A stretch of DNA of 64,000 nt from Rhodospirillales bacterium (GTDB lineage: Bacteria; Pseudomonadota; Alphaproteobacteria; Bin95), in contig JAYQLI010000035.1 in NCBI GenBank assembly GCA_038143065.1, positions 288,001 through 352,000 on the forward strand, written 5' to 3'. The position numbers and the translations under genes were made by a program. The notes beneath the pieces were generated by a model. It saw only the letters and a program-made list of their open reading frames with translations, did no database searches and was not told the DNA's origin. This document shows positions 1-9,902 of the stretch, one piece after another; position 1 is the first letter of the stretch; every line of letters begins with the position of its first letter.

Positions 1-177
1 GTTTGTATTCTCGGCAGGGTATACCTTGGAAATATCTAGTGTGGTCAATAGCTGACGATCATCGTGGGTAAGCAGACAAATGAATTGAACGCTAAATTGT
101 CACTCTGGTGCTGTGTCTTATCCTTAGTCACCAGAAAATATTTAGATGGGACCGTTCTCCCATCGTGCATTTTATAT

Positions 178-867
178 TTAATATTTGCGCACTAAACCCA
201 CTAGTCTTCCCTGAACACTGACGTCCTGTGGCGAATATTCTTGTGGTGGAAAATCCAAGTTAGATGCCCGCAAGATGACACGATTATTATGAGCTTCAAT
301 TCTTTTCAAAGTAGCTTCTTCATTGCGAACTAGAGCTACCACAATATCATTGTTTTCAAATTGAAGCCCTTCTTCAATAACCACTATGTCTCCATCAATT
401 ATTCCATCGCCTTCCATAGATGCCCCGGAAACTGTCAACGCGTAATATTGGCCACGGCCAATCATGTTTGAAGGGACATCAACAAAATTGTTAGGGTCAC
501 GTAATGCTTCGATTGGAGTACCTGCAGCTATTTGACCGTGAAGAGGCAATTGCACAGCATGCCCCTTAAAGTTTGTAACTGCTGAAGCTGACAATGGCTT
601 AGCGCGTTGTGCTGGATGTTTTTGGTGAGATTTGTGATTATCAAGAGCAGCTGTTTCAGGTAGCCGTATTACTTCTAAGGCACGTGCCTTATGGGCAAGG
701 CGCCGAATAAATCCACGTTCTTCCAATCCAGAAACCAACCTATGAACGCCTGATTTAGAGCGAAGACCAAGAGCATCTCTCATTTCATCAAATGATGGTG
801 ATACCCCGGTTTCGCCAATACGTACGTTTATGAATGTTAAGAGTTCGCGTTGCTTTCGGGTAAGCAT
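178..867 (-). CDS. lexA: SOS repressor LexA
   Basis: N-terminal wHTH (SPSFDEMRDALGLRSKSGVHRL), Ala-Gly cleavage site (IAAGTP), catalytic Ser (GASM) and Lys (ATLKR). Confidence 0.97.
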   Translation of the reverse strand: MLTRKQRELLTFINVRIGETGVSPSFDEMRDALGLRSKSGVHRLVSGLEERGFIRRLAHKARALEVIRLPETAALDNHKSHQKHPAQRAKPLSASAVTNFKGHAVQLPLHGQIAAGTPIEALRDPNNFVDVPSNMIGRGQYYALTVSGASMEGDGIIDGDIVVIEEGLQFENNDIVVALVRNEEATLKRIEAHNNRVILRASNLDFPPQEYSPQDVSVQGRLVGLVRKY

Positions 868-924
868 GTTGGGTCCCCAAAATTGATGGCGCCAGACTGT
901 AAAGCAATCCGTTTATCTCTAGGT

Positions 925-939
925 GTTCTATTTTAGTTC
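925..939. promoter_or_regulatory. Alphaproteobacterial LexA (SOS) box
   Basis: GTTC-TATTTTA-GTTC matches GTTC-N7-GTTC exactly, about 60 bp upstream of the lexA start. Confidence 0.88.
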
Positions 940-965
940 TCTTTTGGGGTCAATCGCTAACTAAG

Positions 966-980
966 GTTTTTATTCTGTTC
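966..980. promoter_or_regulatory. Second, degenerate LexA box
   Basis: GTTT-TTATTCT-GTTC, one mismatch to GTTC-N7-GTTC. Confidence 0.5.
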
Positions 981-1015
981 GCATTTGGTCAACGGAAATG
1001 TCTTTTCGAATTGTT

Positions 1016-2218
1016 TTATAAATGAATGTCCAGGGGTAGGGTATCCACTAAACTCCCTGCTGGAGCCTCCTCCATGTGAGGTGGTCGCACAATTAGGCAA
1101 TTTGCTTCTGCAAACACACTCATCATAGAGCTGTCTTGAATGGCAATAGCTTCGGCTTCAAAGCCTGACTCACATTGAGTTAATTTTGCTCGAACGTAAT
1201 CTTCACGCTGGTCGTTAGCGCCCATTGATTCTTTCAACCTGGCAGAGACTGTGTATGGGTCAGTTTCATGTTGCCCCAACATAAACCTTATCAATGGGGC
1301 TAAGAATAAGATCGCACATACCATCGTTGATACAGGATTTCCTGGCAGACCCAAAACTATCTGTTCCCGTAGTCTACCAAACATTAATGGCTTCCCCGGG
1401 CGCATTGCAATTTTCCAGAAGTCGACCTCAAGCCCTTCTTTTACGAGAGCTTGTTGAACCAAATCATGGTCGCCCACCGATGCGCCCCCGAGAGTGACGA
1501 GAATGTCAGCGCCCTTTGCTTGGTGTGCGGCAGATATAAGGGACTCCTCTGTATCTCCAGCAATATCAAGCAGGACAGCCTCACCGCCTACCTGATTTAC
1601 ATAAGAGGCTACCCCAACGCCGCTAGACCCAATGATTTGGCCTTGTCCTAGATCATCCCCAGGGAGGCGAATTTCATCCCCGGTAGCGAGTATCGCTACT
1701 TTTGGTCTCCGTGATACCCGAGCCCATAAGGTATTTATGCTAGCAGCAAGAGCTAGATGCCTTGGGGTTAAGATAGTGCCGGACGAAATCACCGTATCGC
1801 CTGTGCAAAAGTCCAGACCTGCTTTTCGAACATGACGACCAATGGTCTGCATTTCGTTAAACTTTGCTATATCCCCGATACGATCGGTATCCTCTTGTAA
1901 AACAACAGTATCGGTGCCGCGAGGGAGTTCGCCTCCGGTAAATATTCTGACGGTCTCTCCAGTGCCTACATGTCCATTAAATGGTCGCCCAGCAGGTGCT
2001 TCGCCAATCACCTTTAGCTCTGTGGGTGCAGTCTGTAGATCTTCTCCTCTAACAGCGTAACCATCCATCGCAGACATGTCTTTTGGTGGCTGTGTTCGCC
2101 GAGCGATAAGGGATGAGGAGAGTGTTCTACCAGCTGCCTCCGTAAGCATCACGATTTCAGTTTTTGGCTTAGGGGCAGTTGCCAGGATCCTAGAACGGGC
2201 TTCTGCAACGCTTATCAT
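1016..2218 (-). CDS. moeA: Molybdopterin molybdotransferase MoeA
   Basis: SAMDGYAV, TGDE, GGASVGDHD, MRPGKP, GLPGNPVS motifs. Confidence 0.96.
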   Translation of the reverse strand: MISVAEARSRILATAPKPKTEIVMLTEAAGRTLSSSLIARRTQPPKDMSAMDGYAVRGEDLQTAPTELKVIGEAPAGRPFNGHVGTGETVRIFTGGELPRGTDTVVLQEDTDRIGDIAKFNEMQTIGRHVRKAGLDFCTGDTVISSGTILTPRHLALAASINTLWARVSRRPKVAILATGDEIRLPGDDLGQGQIIGSSGVGVASYVNQVGGEAVLLDIAGDTEESLISAAHQAKGADILVTLGGASVGDHDLVQQALVKEGLEVDFWKIAMRPGKPLMFGRLREQIVLGLPGNPVSTMVCAILFLAPLIRFMLGQHETDPYTVSARLKESMGANDQREDYVRAKLTQCESGFEAEAIAIQDSSMMSVFAEANCLIVRPPHMEEAPAGSLVDTLPLDIHL

Positions 2219-2715
2219 GAAGAGGCCTCAAAAGTTCCTGATTTACCCCCAGACTTAAAAAGAAGTTTAACGCCTTCTATCTTCATCTCACGATCAATAG
2301 CTTTTGCCATGTCATAAACAGTCAACGCAGAAACAGAAACTGCAGTTAATGCTTCCATTTCCACCCCAGTTTTGCCATTAGTTTTGCATTCGGCCATGAT
2401 CTCTACGGTCGTAAGATCTTCAGTGATCTTGAGATCGATATTGATAGCTGTAAGAGGGAGGGGGTGACATAAGGGAATTATGTCAGCTGTTTTTTTGGCT
2501 GCCATTATTCCAGCAAGCCTTGCAACTTGTAAGACATCTCCCTTGCCGATTTGACCATCCAATATCCGCTTGCCTGTTGCAGGTTGCATAACCACGCGGC
2601 CCATAGCTACTGCACGCCGATTAGTCTCTGGTTTGTCACCAACATCTACCATTCGGGCACGGCCGTCAGGGTCAAAATGGGTTAAATCTTCTGCCACTTT
2701 ACCGTCCCTTGCCAA
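2215..2715 (-). CDS. moaC: Cyclic pyranopterin monophosphate synthase MoaC
   Basis: LTHFD..G.ARMVDV, IPLCHP, TGVEMEAL, KSGGKSG; the true start may be a few codons downstream. Confidence 0.96.
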   Translation of the reverse strand: MARDGKVAEDLTHFDPDGRARMVDVGDKPETNRRAVAMGRVVMQPATGKRILDGQIGKGDVLQVARLAGIMAAKKTADIIPLCHPLPLTAINIDLKITEDLTTVEIMAECKTNGKTGVEMEALTAVSVSALTVYDMAKAIDREMKIEGVKLLFKSGGKSGTFEASS

Positions 2716-3496
2716 TGAGTTCAGCAGCTGCTCTCATGACGTTGTCTTGTCGCATTAAGCGTTCGCCAACAAGGAAGCCTCGAGCGCCCCCAAGCCAGAG
2801 GTTCTTAAGGTCATCATTTGAGCTTATCCCACTCTCCGATATCACGACGCGGTCTTGTGGAGCATTCTTTACTAAGTCAAGTGTTGTTTGAAGATCGACC
2901 TGTAATGTCTTGAGGTTTCTATTATTTATTCCAACAAGAGGTGACTGGAGTTTTAGGGCTCTTTCAAATTCAAAAGCGGCATGGGTTTCAATCAATACAT
3001 CCATTCCAAGGCCAAAAGCTGCGTCCTCCATTTCTGAGGCTAGTACATCATCGACTGCAGCTAGTATAATTAAAATACAGTCTGCACCTAACGCCCGCGC
3101 TTCAGTTACTTGATATGTATCTAACATGAAGTCTTTGCGCAAAACTGGGAGGTCACACGCCTCACGAGCCTTTGAAAGATCAGTATCATCACCCTGGAAA
3201 TAAGGGCTATCTGTTAGCACTGAAAGGCAGGCGGCACCGGCTTGTTGATATGCCGTGGCTAGCGTTTTCGGATTAAAGTCTTCGCGAATGATGCCTGCGC
3301 TGGGAGAAGCCTTTTTAATTTCAGTGATAACAGGAAATTTACCAGCAGCTTCCTTTTCTTTAAGGGCGTTTAGAAATCCTCTGGTGGCTGGCCCATTGCG
3401 AGATTGGGCCTCAAGCTCATTTATAGATTTAAGCGACTTCTGTTTGGCAATATGTGCTCGTTTTCGTTCGCAAATTTCGGCAAGTACATCGTGCAT
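2699..3496 (-). CDS. trpC: Indole-3-glycerol phosphate synthase
   Basis: EIKKASPS, LSVLTD, LRKDF, GINNRNL, SESGI; trp operon context. Confidence 0.97.
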   Translation of the reverse strand: MHDVLAEICERKRAHIAKQKSLKSINELEAQSRNGPATRGFLNALKEKEAAGKFPVITEIKKASPSAGIIREDFNPKTLATAYQQAGAACLSVLTDSPYFQGDDTDLSKAREACDLPVLRKDFMLDTYQVTEARALGADCILIILAAVDDVLASEMEDAAFGLGMDVLIETHAAFEFERALKLQSPLVGINNRNLKTLQVDLQTTLDLVKNAPQDRVVISESGISSNDDLKNLWLGGARGFLVGERLMRQDNVMRAAAELIGKGR

Positions 3497-3509
3497 CTAA
3501 ATTTTCCGC

Positions 3510-4526
3510 TCAGGTGGCTTCATTTGTAATGGAAATCAGCTTCGCTAACGCATTTTTGCCCGAACCACTATCGATGCTCTCTGCTGCCATTTCAACGCCG
3601 TCTTTTACACTCTTCACCTTATCTGAAATAACCAGTGCTGCTGAGGCATTATAGAGAACAATGTCTCGGTAGGGTCCTTTGTGGCCATCAAGAAGATGGT
3701 TCAAAGCTTCAGCATTGTCTTTTGGAGATCCTCCAGCAAGGTCACTTGGTCTGGCGCGCGGAATACCTGCATCCTCTGGAGATATTTCAAACAACTCAAC
3801 TTTGCCGTCTTTAAGTTCGGCAACAGTAGAGGAATCTGTGGTAGTAAGTTCGTCCATGCCATCAGACCCGTGAACAACCCAGGCTCGAGTGCTCCCAAGC
3901 GATTTTAATACTTGAGCCTGCCGCTCGACGTAGTCGGCGGCGAAAATCCCCATGAGCTGCCTAGGGGCCTCTGCTGGGTTTGATAACGGGCCTAGAAGAT
4001 TAAAGATTGTTCGTGTTGCTAGTTCGGTTCTAACACTTGCCACATAGCGCATTGCTCCGTGGTGGCGTGGTGCCATTAGAAAGGCAATGTTCGCGTCCCA
4101 TAATGAGCGCTCAACTAATTTCATGTCAGCATCAATGTTGACGCCCAGCTCCGATAATACATCTGAAGAGCCTGATTTTGAGGATGCAGCCCTATTTCCA
4201 TGTTTGGCAACTGGAACACCACAGCCTGCTACAACAATTGCTACAGCGGTGGAGATATTGAGCGTACCTTTCGCGTCACCGCCAGTGCCGCACGTATCAA
4301 TAGCTCCTGGTGGAGCATTTATCCGGACTGCGCGTGAACGCATAGCACGTGCAGCTCCAACTAATTCTTCAGTTGTTTCGCCGCGTACCCTCATGCCCAT
4401 AAGAAGGGCGCCAATCTGCGCGTCTGTTGCATCACCCGACATCATTACTGAAAAAGCATTTTCGGCTTCGGCTTCGCTAAGACTCTGACCTAGAGAAACT
4501 TTTGAGATGAAAGGTTTTAGATCCAT
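3510..4526 (-). CDS. trpD: Anthranilate phosphoribosyltransferase
   Basis: DTCGTGGD, NIST, KHGNRAASSKSGS, GPLSNP. Confidence 0.97.
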   Translation of the reverse strand: MDLKPFISKVSLGQSLSEAEAENAFSVMMSGDATDAQIGALLMGMRVRGETTEELVGAARAMRSRAVRINAPPGAIDTCGTGGDAKGTLNISTAVAIVVAGCGVPVAKHGNRAASSKSGSSDVLSELGVNIDADMKLVERSLWDANIAFLMAPRHHGAMRYVASVRTELATRTIFNLLGPLSNPAEAPRQLMGIFAADYVERQAQVLKSLGSTRAWVVHGSDGMDELTTTDSSTVAELKDGKVELFEISPEDAGIPRARPSDLAGGSPKDNAEALNHLLDGHKGPYRDIVLYNASAALVISDKVKSVKDGVEMAAESIDSGSGKNALAKLISITNEAT

Positions 4527-4530
4527 GTCT

Positions 4531-5169
4531 TCAGACCCCTGCTTGGGCGAACATTCGCCTCTCTGGCAATGGTTTGGGTTGCTGATTTGGCAAATTACCT
4601 GCAGTAGCTATTTTTAGGAAATTTCCTAAGAGTTGATGTCCATGTTGGGAGGCGATGCTCTCAGGGTGAAACTGTACTCCATGGATGGGGCGATCAACGT
4701 GGTGAACGCCCATTATGCATCCATCGATAGACCAGGCATTGGCAATGAGACATTCTGGAAGTGATGGAGGGGCTATCACTAAGCTATGGTACCTGGTAAC
4801 TTCGAAGTGCTTTGGCATTCCTTGGAAAACACCAGTTTTGTCAGTCTCAATGCGGCTTAATTTTCCATGTAGTGGTTCTGGAGCGCGAACTATTTTTCCA
4901 CCAAAGGCTTGTCCAATGGCTTGGTGGCCAAGGCAAACACCAAGAATTGGCAACGTTTTTGGAGCCTGACGAACTAAATCTACGCAAATACCAGCATCGT
5001 CTGGAGCGCAGGGGCCAGGAGATAAAATAACACCCTGATATCCCCTAGAAAAAACTTCTTCAACTGAGATTGAGTCGTTTCTTTTTACTTCAATTTTTGC
5101 TCCAAGTTCCCCCAGGAAGTGATTGAGATTATATACAAAACTATCATAATTATCGATCATAAGGAACAT
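4531..5169 (-). CDS. trpG: Anthranilate synthase component II (glutamine amidotransferase)
   Basis: IDNYDSF, LSPGP, GVCLGHQ, QFHPES. Confidence 0.95.
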   Translation of the reverse strand: MFLMIDNYDSFVYNLNHFLGELGAKIEVKRNDSISVEEVFSRGYQGVILSPGPCAPDDAGICVDLVRQAPKTLPILGVCLGHQAIGQAFGGKIVRAPEPLHGKLSRIETDKTGVFQGMPKHFEVTRYHSLVIAPPSLPECLIANAWSIDGCIMGVHHVDRPIHGVQFHPESIASQHGHQLLGNFLKIATAGNLPNQQPKPLPERRMFAQAGV

Positions 5170-5198
5170 GATATATCTTCCTGTAGTGACTCTATGTT

Positions 5199-6689
5199 TT
5201 AGAGTCTGTGAGCTGCTTCAGCGGCCCTTATTAACGCTTGCGATTTATCGATACTCTCTTGGAATTCTGCCTCAGGGTCACTGTCAGCTACAACGCCTAC
5301 ACCCGCCTGAACATAGAGCGTTCCATCTTTAACGACACCTGTTCGTAAAGCGATACAAGTATCCATGGTTCCGTTGGATGCAAAGTACCCAATGCAGCCA
5401 GCATATATTCCTCGTTTAGTTGGCTCTAATTCATCAATAATTTCCATAGCGCGCACCTTTGGTGCACCAGATACAGTGCCTGCTGGAAAGCCTGCAATTA
5501 GCGCTCCAATTTCATCATAGTCTTGAGAAATTTGACCAACAACTGTTGAGCTCAAATGCATAACGTGGCTGTAACGCTCAATCTCGAATTGAGCGGTGAC
5601 TTGTACACTACCTACTTCAGATACTCTCCCAACATCGTTTCTGGCTAGATCAAGGAGCATTAGGTGTTCTGCCAACTCTTTCGGATCATTAAGAAGATTT
5701 TCAGCAAGCGCATTATCTTCTTGAGAGTTTTTACCTCTCCGACGTGTCCCAGCAAGAGGTCTTATAGTTACTTCACCGTCACGCACTCTTACTAGAATTT
5801 CAGGACTAGATCCAACCACAGCAAACCCTTCGAAATTCAAATAAAATAAGAAAGGTGAGGGGTTTAATCTTCGCAGTGCTCGGTACAGGTCAAATGGTGG
5901 CCGATTAAAAGGTGTTTCAAAACGTTGGGCTGGCACGATTTGAAAAGCATCACCCGCACGGATGTATTCCTTCGCGCGCTCAACAACTCCTAAAAATTCA
6001 CTCTTCGTAAAGTTTGAAGTTCTTTCTGTTGTGATTTCTGTGGCATCAAAATTTGGCCGTTCTGGCAGTGGTCCGTTAAGTCTTATAATCGCGTTTTCAA
6101 TTCTTTCGAGCGCCTTTTCAAAAGCTTCTTCTCCATTTAATTTTTCAGATGGTCGAACAGGAGTTACGATTGAAATACTGTCATCGACGCTGTCGAACAC
6201 AGCCATTACAGTCGGGCGTACAAACATTCCATCAGGCAGTCCGAGCGTATCTTCCGGCGTGTTAGGAAGTGTCTCCATAAGACGAACCATGTCATAGCCC
6301 ATGTAGCCAACAAGGCTTGATGCCATTGGAGGCAGACCTGGAGGCATATCGTCTATTTGTGACTCTTTTATTAGAGCGCGCAGCGAATCTAGCGCACCCA
6401 TACTCTCTGGGATGAACGCACCGCCGGTTAGTGCATCCCTGTTTGTTTCAGCCTTATTTTCTCTGCACCGCCAAATCAAATCGGGTTCAATGCCAATAAA
6501 TGAATAACGTCCTCTGATAGCGCCGCCCTCTACGCTTTCTAAAATAAAGCAATCCGATTTACCGGCCGATAATTTCAAATAAGCCGAGACTGTCGTCTCA
6601 AGATCAGCAGAAATTTGTGACCAGAGGACCTGCGGTTGGCCTGCGATATATTTTTCTAAGAAAACGGCCTTATCAGTGGAAGTTGGCAT
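5199..6689 (-). CDS. trpE: Anthranilate synthase component I
   Basis: LESVEGG, NPSPFLFY, PLAGTRRRG, EHLMLLDLARND, GTVSGAPK. Confidence 0.97.
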   Translation of the reverse strand: MPTSTDKAVFLEKYIAGQPQVLWSQISADLETTVSAYLKLSAGKSDCFILESVEGGAIRGRYSFIGIEPDLIWRCRENKAETNRDALTGGAFIPESMGALDSLRALIKESQIDDMPPGLPPMASSLVGYMGYDMVRLMETLPNTPEDTLGLPDGMFVRPTVMAVFDSVDDSISIVTPVRPSEKLNGEEAFEKALERIENAIIRLNGPLPERPNFDATEITTERTSNFTKSEFLGVVERAKEYIRAGDAFQIVPAQRFETPFNRPPFDLYRALRRLNPSPFLFYLNFEGFAVVGSSPEILVRVRDGEVTIRPLAGTRRRGKNSQEDNALAENLLNDPKELAEHLMLLDLARNDVGRVSEVGSVQVTAQFEIERYSHVMHLSSTVVGQISQDYDEIGALIAGFPAGTVSGAPKVRAMEIIDELEPTKRGIYAGCIGYFASNGTMDTCIALRTGVVKDGTLYVQAGVGVVADSDPEAEFQESIDKSQALIRAAEAAHRL

Positions 6690-6697
6690 TTTTTAGC

Positions 6698-8575
6698 TCA
6701 GTTGCTGCCGGAGAGGGTATCGGTTGGTTTTGGAGCAATTTCAGGTGGATGCACCGTACGAGCAAGTTTTCCAAGTAATTCAGCGCGTTCGTTTGCATAA
6801 AGATTAGACATTCCGGCAATGAATTCCTTCTCAGCATCTCCAGCAACATTAAAACCTGGGCGCTCGATATCACTCACGAATGCGGCTATTACAGTATTTT
6901 TGGTACTTGTTAGAACAGAATTATTTTCACGAGCACTGAAAATTTGTTCGATAAAGCCAGGTTGGAATTTACCCAAAGCAGTAAAATCCTCTCGCGATGA
7001 TAATTGGATTTCTGTGATATTAATTGCAGCCTCTTTTGAGGCCTGTTGGAAGCCAGAAATACTTGTGGCATCAACTAATTCTTTAAGTTGTGCTTGGCCT
7101 AGTTCGAGCTGCTTTTTTTGCGTCCACTTTTCTGATGCCTCTGCCCTAACATCTTCAAATTGCTTCGGCGCACTCTCGTAGATCTTGTCAACAATCAGGG
7201 CCATAAAGACTCCGTCACGAAGTTCTATTAACCCACTTTGGTCCCCGACCGTTCTCTCGAAAATTGCAGCAAGATATGAGGGATCTGCGGGCATCTCTAG
7301 AGATACTGAACCGTCTCTATCAACACCTCGACGATCTATTCCTTGGAGCTTGATTATGGGCAGGCCTGAAGCGGTAGAGGCGGCCTGCAGATCTCCACCG
7401 GCGGCTAATGCATCTTCAGCGGCATTAGCAATATCTGTAATTTTTGAAAGTGCCTGTTCTTGTTGCATTTCGAGTTTGAGCTCGTCAGCAACACTTTCTA
7501 GTGGTTTGATATTCTCGGGGGTAATTTTTTCTATGAACAGGACATGCCACCCAAGATTTGTGGCAATTGGGCTGCTAACTGGTCCCTCAGGCACGGTAAA
7601 GGCAGTCTTTGAGAGCTCAGCTGGGAAAATTTGTTCACGGCTTAACTTCCCAAGATCAATTACAGACCCACCCGCAATTTCGGCATTTTTCAAGAAGGTT
7701 TGCTTATTGCCAGGGGCTTTTGCTGAAAAATCTCTTGCGTCTTCCTCGTTTTGGAAAAGAGCTTGGGTCAGTGTCCTAATTTCAGGTGACCGATAACGCT
7801 CCTTTGAATCTTCGTAATAGTTTGCAATCTCGGCCTCAGAAATTTTCACGGTTTTTGAAACAGATGATGTTGATATAACGATTGCCCGAGCATCACGACG
7901 AGCTGGCTCGGCGAAAGAAGATGGGTTCTCTTTTATATAATTCTTCAGGTCATTATCGGTTGGCTTGGGCGCTGCAATGGATTTTATATCTAATTCTACA
8001 TAGGAAATACTGCGTTTTTGTCTCTCTAAAGAGAACATATTTTCAACTAAGGCATAGGGAGGGCTGATTTTTGCGCCAATGGAATCTCTGAGCTGCTTCC
8101 TTCTCAGCTCTGTTCGCATGTTTTGGGTGTAGGCTTCTTCATTTAGGCCAACAGAAGATAAAGACCGACGGAAACGGTCAGCATCGAATTTTCCGTTCTG
8201 TTGGAAGCTTGGATCGTTGCGGATTGCGTCTCCAATTCCTTGATCGCTGATTCCTATATCAAGAGCTTGAACTTCCATATCCAATGCAGCCTGGCCGACA
8301 AGTTGCTCGATTGCCGCGTCCCGAAGAGCTCCTTCGGGTAAATCCGATGGATTAAATTGGTTTCCTAGAAGTCTTCGCATTTGCTCGGTTTGTTGCCGCT
8401 CGGCAAGATCAACTTGACCTCGTCGAATTTCTATATCACCGACTTTTGCAACAACTGGATTTGAATCTGGGGTTAAGTAGTCGCCGATACCCCATACAGC
8501 AAAACTTAAAATAAGCAGCCCAAACAAAATTTTGGCTACCCAACCGGCAGCACCTTTGCGCATAGCGATTAGCAT
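6698..8575 (-). CDS. ppiD: PpiD/SurA-like periplasmic chaperone (peptidylprolyl isomerase family)
   Basis: N-terminal TM anchor (LLILSFAVWGIGD), SurA-N and rotamase-like segment (SSPIATNLGWHV); conserved position between trpE and tpiA. Confidence 0.85.
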   Translation of the reverse strand: MLIAMRKGAAGWVAKILFGLLILSFAVWGIGDYLTPDSNPVVAKVGDIEIRRGQVDLAERQQTEQMRRLLGNQFNPSDLPEGALRDAAIEQLVGQAALDMEVQALDIGISDQGIGDAIRNDPSFQQNGKFDADRFRRSLSSVGLNEEAYTQNMRTELRRKQLRDSIGAKISPPYALVENMFSLERQKRSISYVELDIKSIAAPKPTDNDLKNYIKENPSSFAEPARRDARAIVISTSSVSKTVKISEAEIANYYEDSKERYRSPEIRTLTQALFQNEEDARDFSAKAPGNKQTFLKNAEIAGGSVIDLGKLSREQIFPAELSKTAFTVPEGPVSSPIATNLGWHVLFIEKITPENIKPLESVADELKLEMQQEQALSKITDIANAAEDALAAGGDLQAASTASGLPIIKLQGIDRRGVDRDGSVSLEMPADPSYLAAIFERTVGDQSGLIELRDGVFMALIVDKIYESAPKQFEDVRAEASEKWTQKKQLELGQAQLKELVDATSISGFQQASKEAAINITEIQLSSREDFTALGKFQPGFIEQIFSARENNSVLTSTKNTVIAAFVSDIERPGFNVAGDAEKEFIAGMSNLYANERAELLGKLARTVHPPEIAPKPTDTLSGSN

Positions 8576-8710
8576 TGAATGTTCCGTCTTTTACTCTTCT
8601 ATATTATAGGCGCCGGACTATAGGTGCGGATGCTTAAAGCCGCAATCGTTTGGGTTCCTTGAATTTAGATGAAGTGTTATTAGCACCCATCGATACTTGG
8701 AGGGATAGTT

Positions 8711-9470
8711 GTGGCAGATCGAGGATATCTGATTGCAGGTAATTGGAAGATGAACGGCAGTCTTGAGAGCGCTACAGAGCTTTCGAGTGCTATTGCTGAC
8801 GGTTCGTCAAATATTTTGGAAACCGTGGAGCTTCTTCTTTGTCCACCAGCTATTCATTTACAGGCAACCGCAGCAGCAATTTCTGGTACAAACGTCAGGC
8901 TTGGTGGACAAGATTGTCATGAAGCGGAGAGTGGGGCATTCACTGGTGACATTTCCGCTGAAATGTTAGCCAATATGAATTGTTCTTATGTCATCGTTGG
9001 TCACTCCGAACGACGAGATGCACACCATGAGGGTGATGCGTTGGTTTGGAGAAAGGCAAACGCCGCACTTCGTGCAGGTTTAGCTCCGGTAATATGTGTA
9101 GGGGAAACTGAACAAGAGCGGCTCTCAGGTAACGCTGAGGAAGTAGTAGCCAAGCAGTTAAAAGCTTCAGTACCAGATGGGGTAGATGGTTCAAGACTCT
9201 CTGTCGCTTATGAACCAGTTTGGGCAATAGGAAGTGGACGTACTCCAACTCAGGAAGAGATTCTATCTGTTCATTCAGCAATGCGCAAAGCATTGAAAGA
9301 TCTTCTTGGGAGTGATGCTGGTGAATTCTATTAGGCTGCTTTATGGAGGTTCTGTGAAGCCTGGAAATGCCTTGGAAATACTGACGCTATCAGAGGTAGA
9401 TGGTGCTCTTGTTGGTGGTGCTAGTTTGTCTGCAGGTGATTTTCTATCAATCGCCTTGGCTGTAAAATAG
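8711..9470 (+). CDS. tpiA: Triosephosphate isomerase (frameshift near 9330, probable sequencing indel)
   Basis: [20 protein letters not shown]; another frame continues with LLYGGSVKP...LVGGASL to TAG at 9468-9470. Confidence 0.95.
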
Positions 9471-9563
9471 GTCCCACTGGAATTTCTTGTCTCTATGTTT
9501 TAGACAGTCATTGAAATAAAGAGCGCATTAGTAGATCTTCTTTATAAAGCTAAGAGTGTTGCA

Positions 9564-9866
9564 ATGATCCAAATTGTTTTAACCATCCACATTTTAATTG
9601 CAGCGGCTTTGGTAGTTGTTGTTTTAATGCAGCGCTCCGAAGGTGGTGGGCTCGGAATAGGCGGCGGTGGCGGCGGTGGACTAATGACTGGTCGTAGCGC
9701 AGCTAACTTTTTGACACGTACCACAGCAACGCTTGCGACTTTGTTTTTTGTCACAAGCCTTGCACTTGCAATTTTGGCAAGTGGTTCTTCGGAGCCACGA
9801 TCTATAATTGATACAACAGCTCCCGTGACTAATAGTCAGGAGCCAAGCGCACCGCTCGCTCGTTAA
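9564..9866 (+). CDS. secG: Preprotein translocase subunit SecG
   Basis: Two TM helices, VLMQRSEGGGLG, NFLTRTT; tpiA-secG-pyrG synteny. Confidence 0.95.
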   Translation: MIQIVLTIHILIAAALVVVVLMQRSEGGGLGIGGGGGGGLMTGRSAANFLTRTTATLATLFFVTSLALAILASGSSEPRSIIDTTAPVTNSQEPSAPLAR

Positions 9867-9902
9867 CACGGTACGCAGCTGCCAGAGGGGCAAGAAAGCC
9901 AC

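Noticed and set aside
1-177. Possible gene end downstream of lexA
   Set aside because: No recognisable protein motif or long open frame in this short edge segment
6819-7796. Long antisense ORFs (120 and 203 aa) opposite ppiD, and similar ones opposite trpD, trkA and EthD
   Set aside because: Shadow frames of well-supported genes, with Ser/Ala/Pro-rich composition and no motifs or RBS
9640-9682. GGC/GGT repeat tract in secG
   Set aside because: Encodes the normal Gly-rich SecG loop with mixed codons; not a contingency repeat
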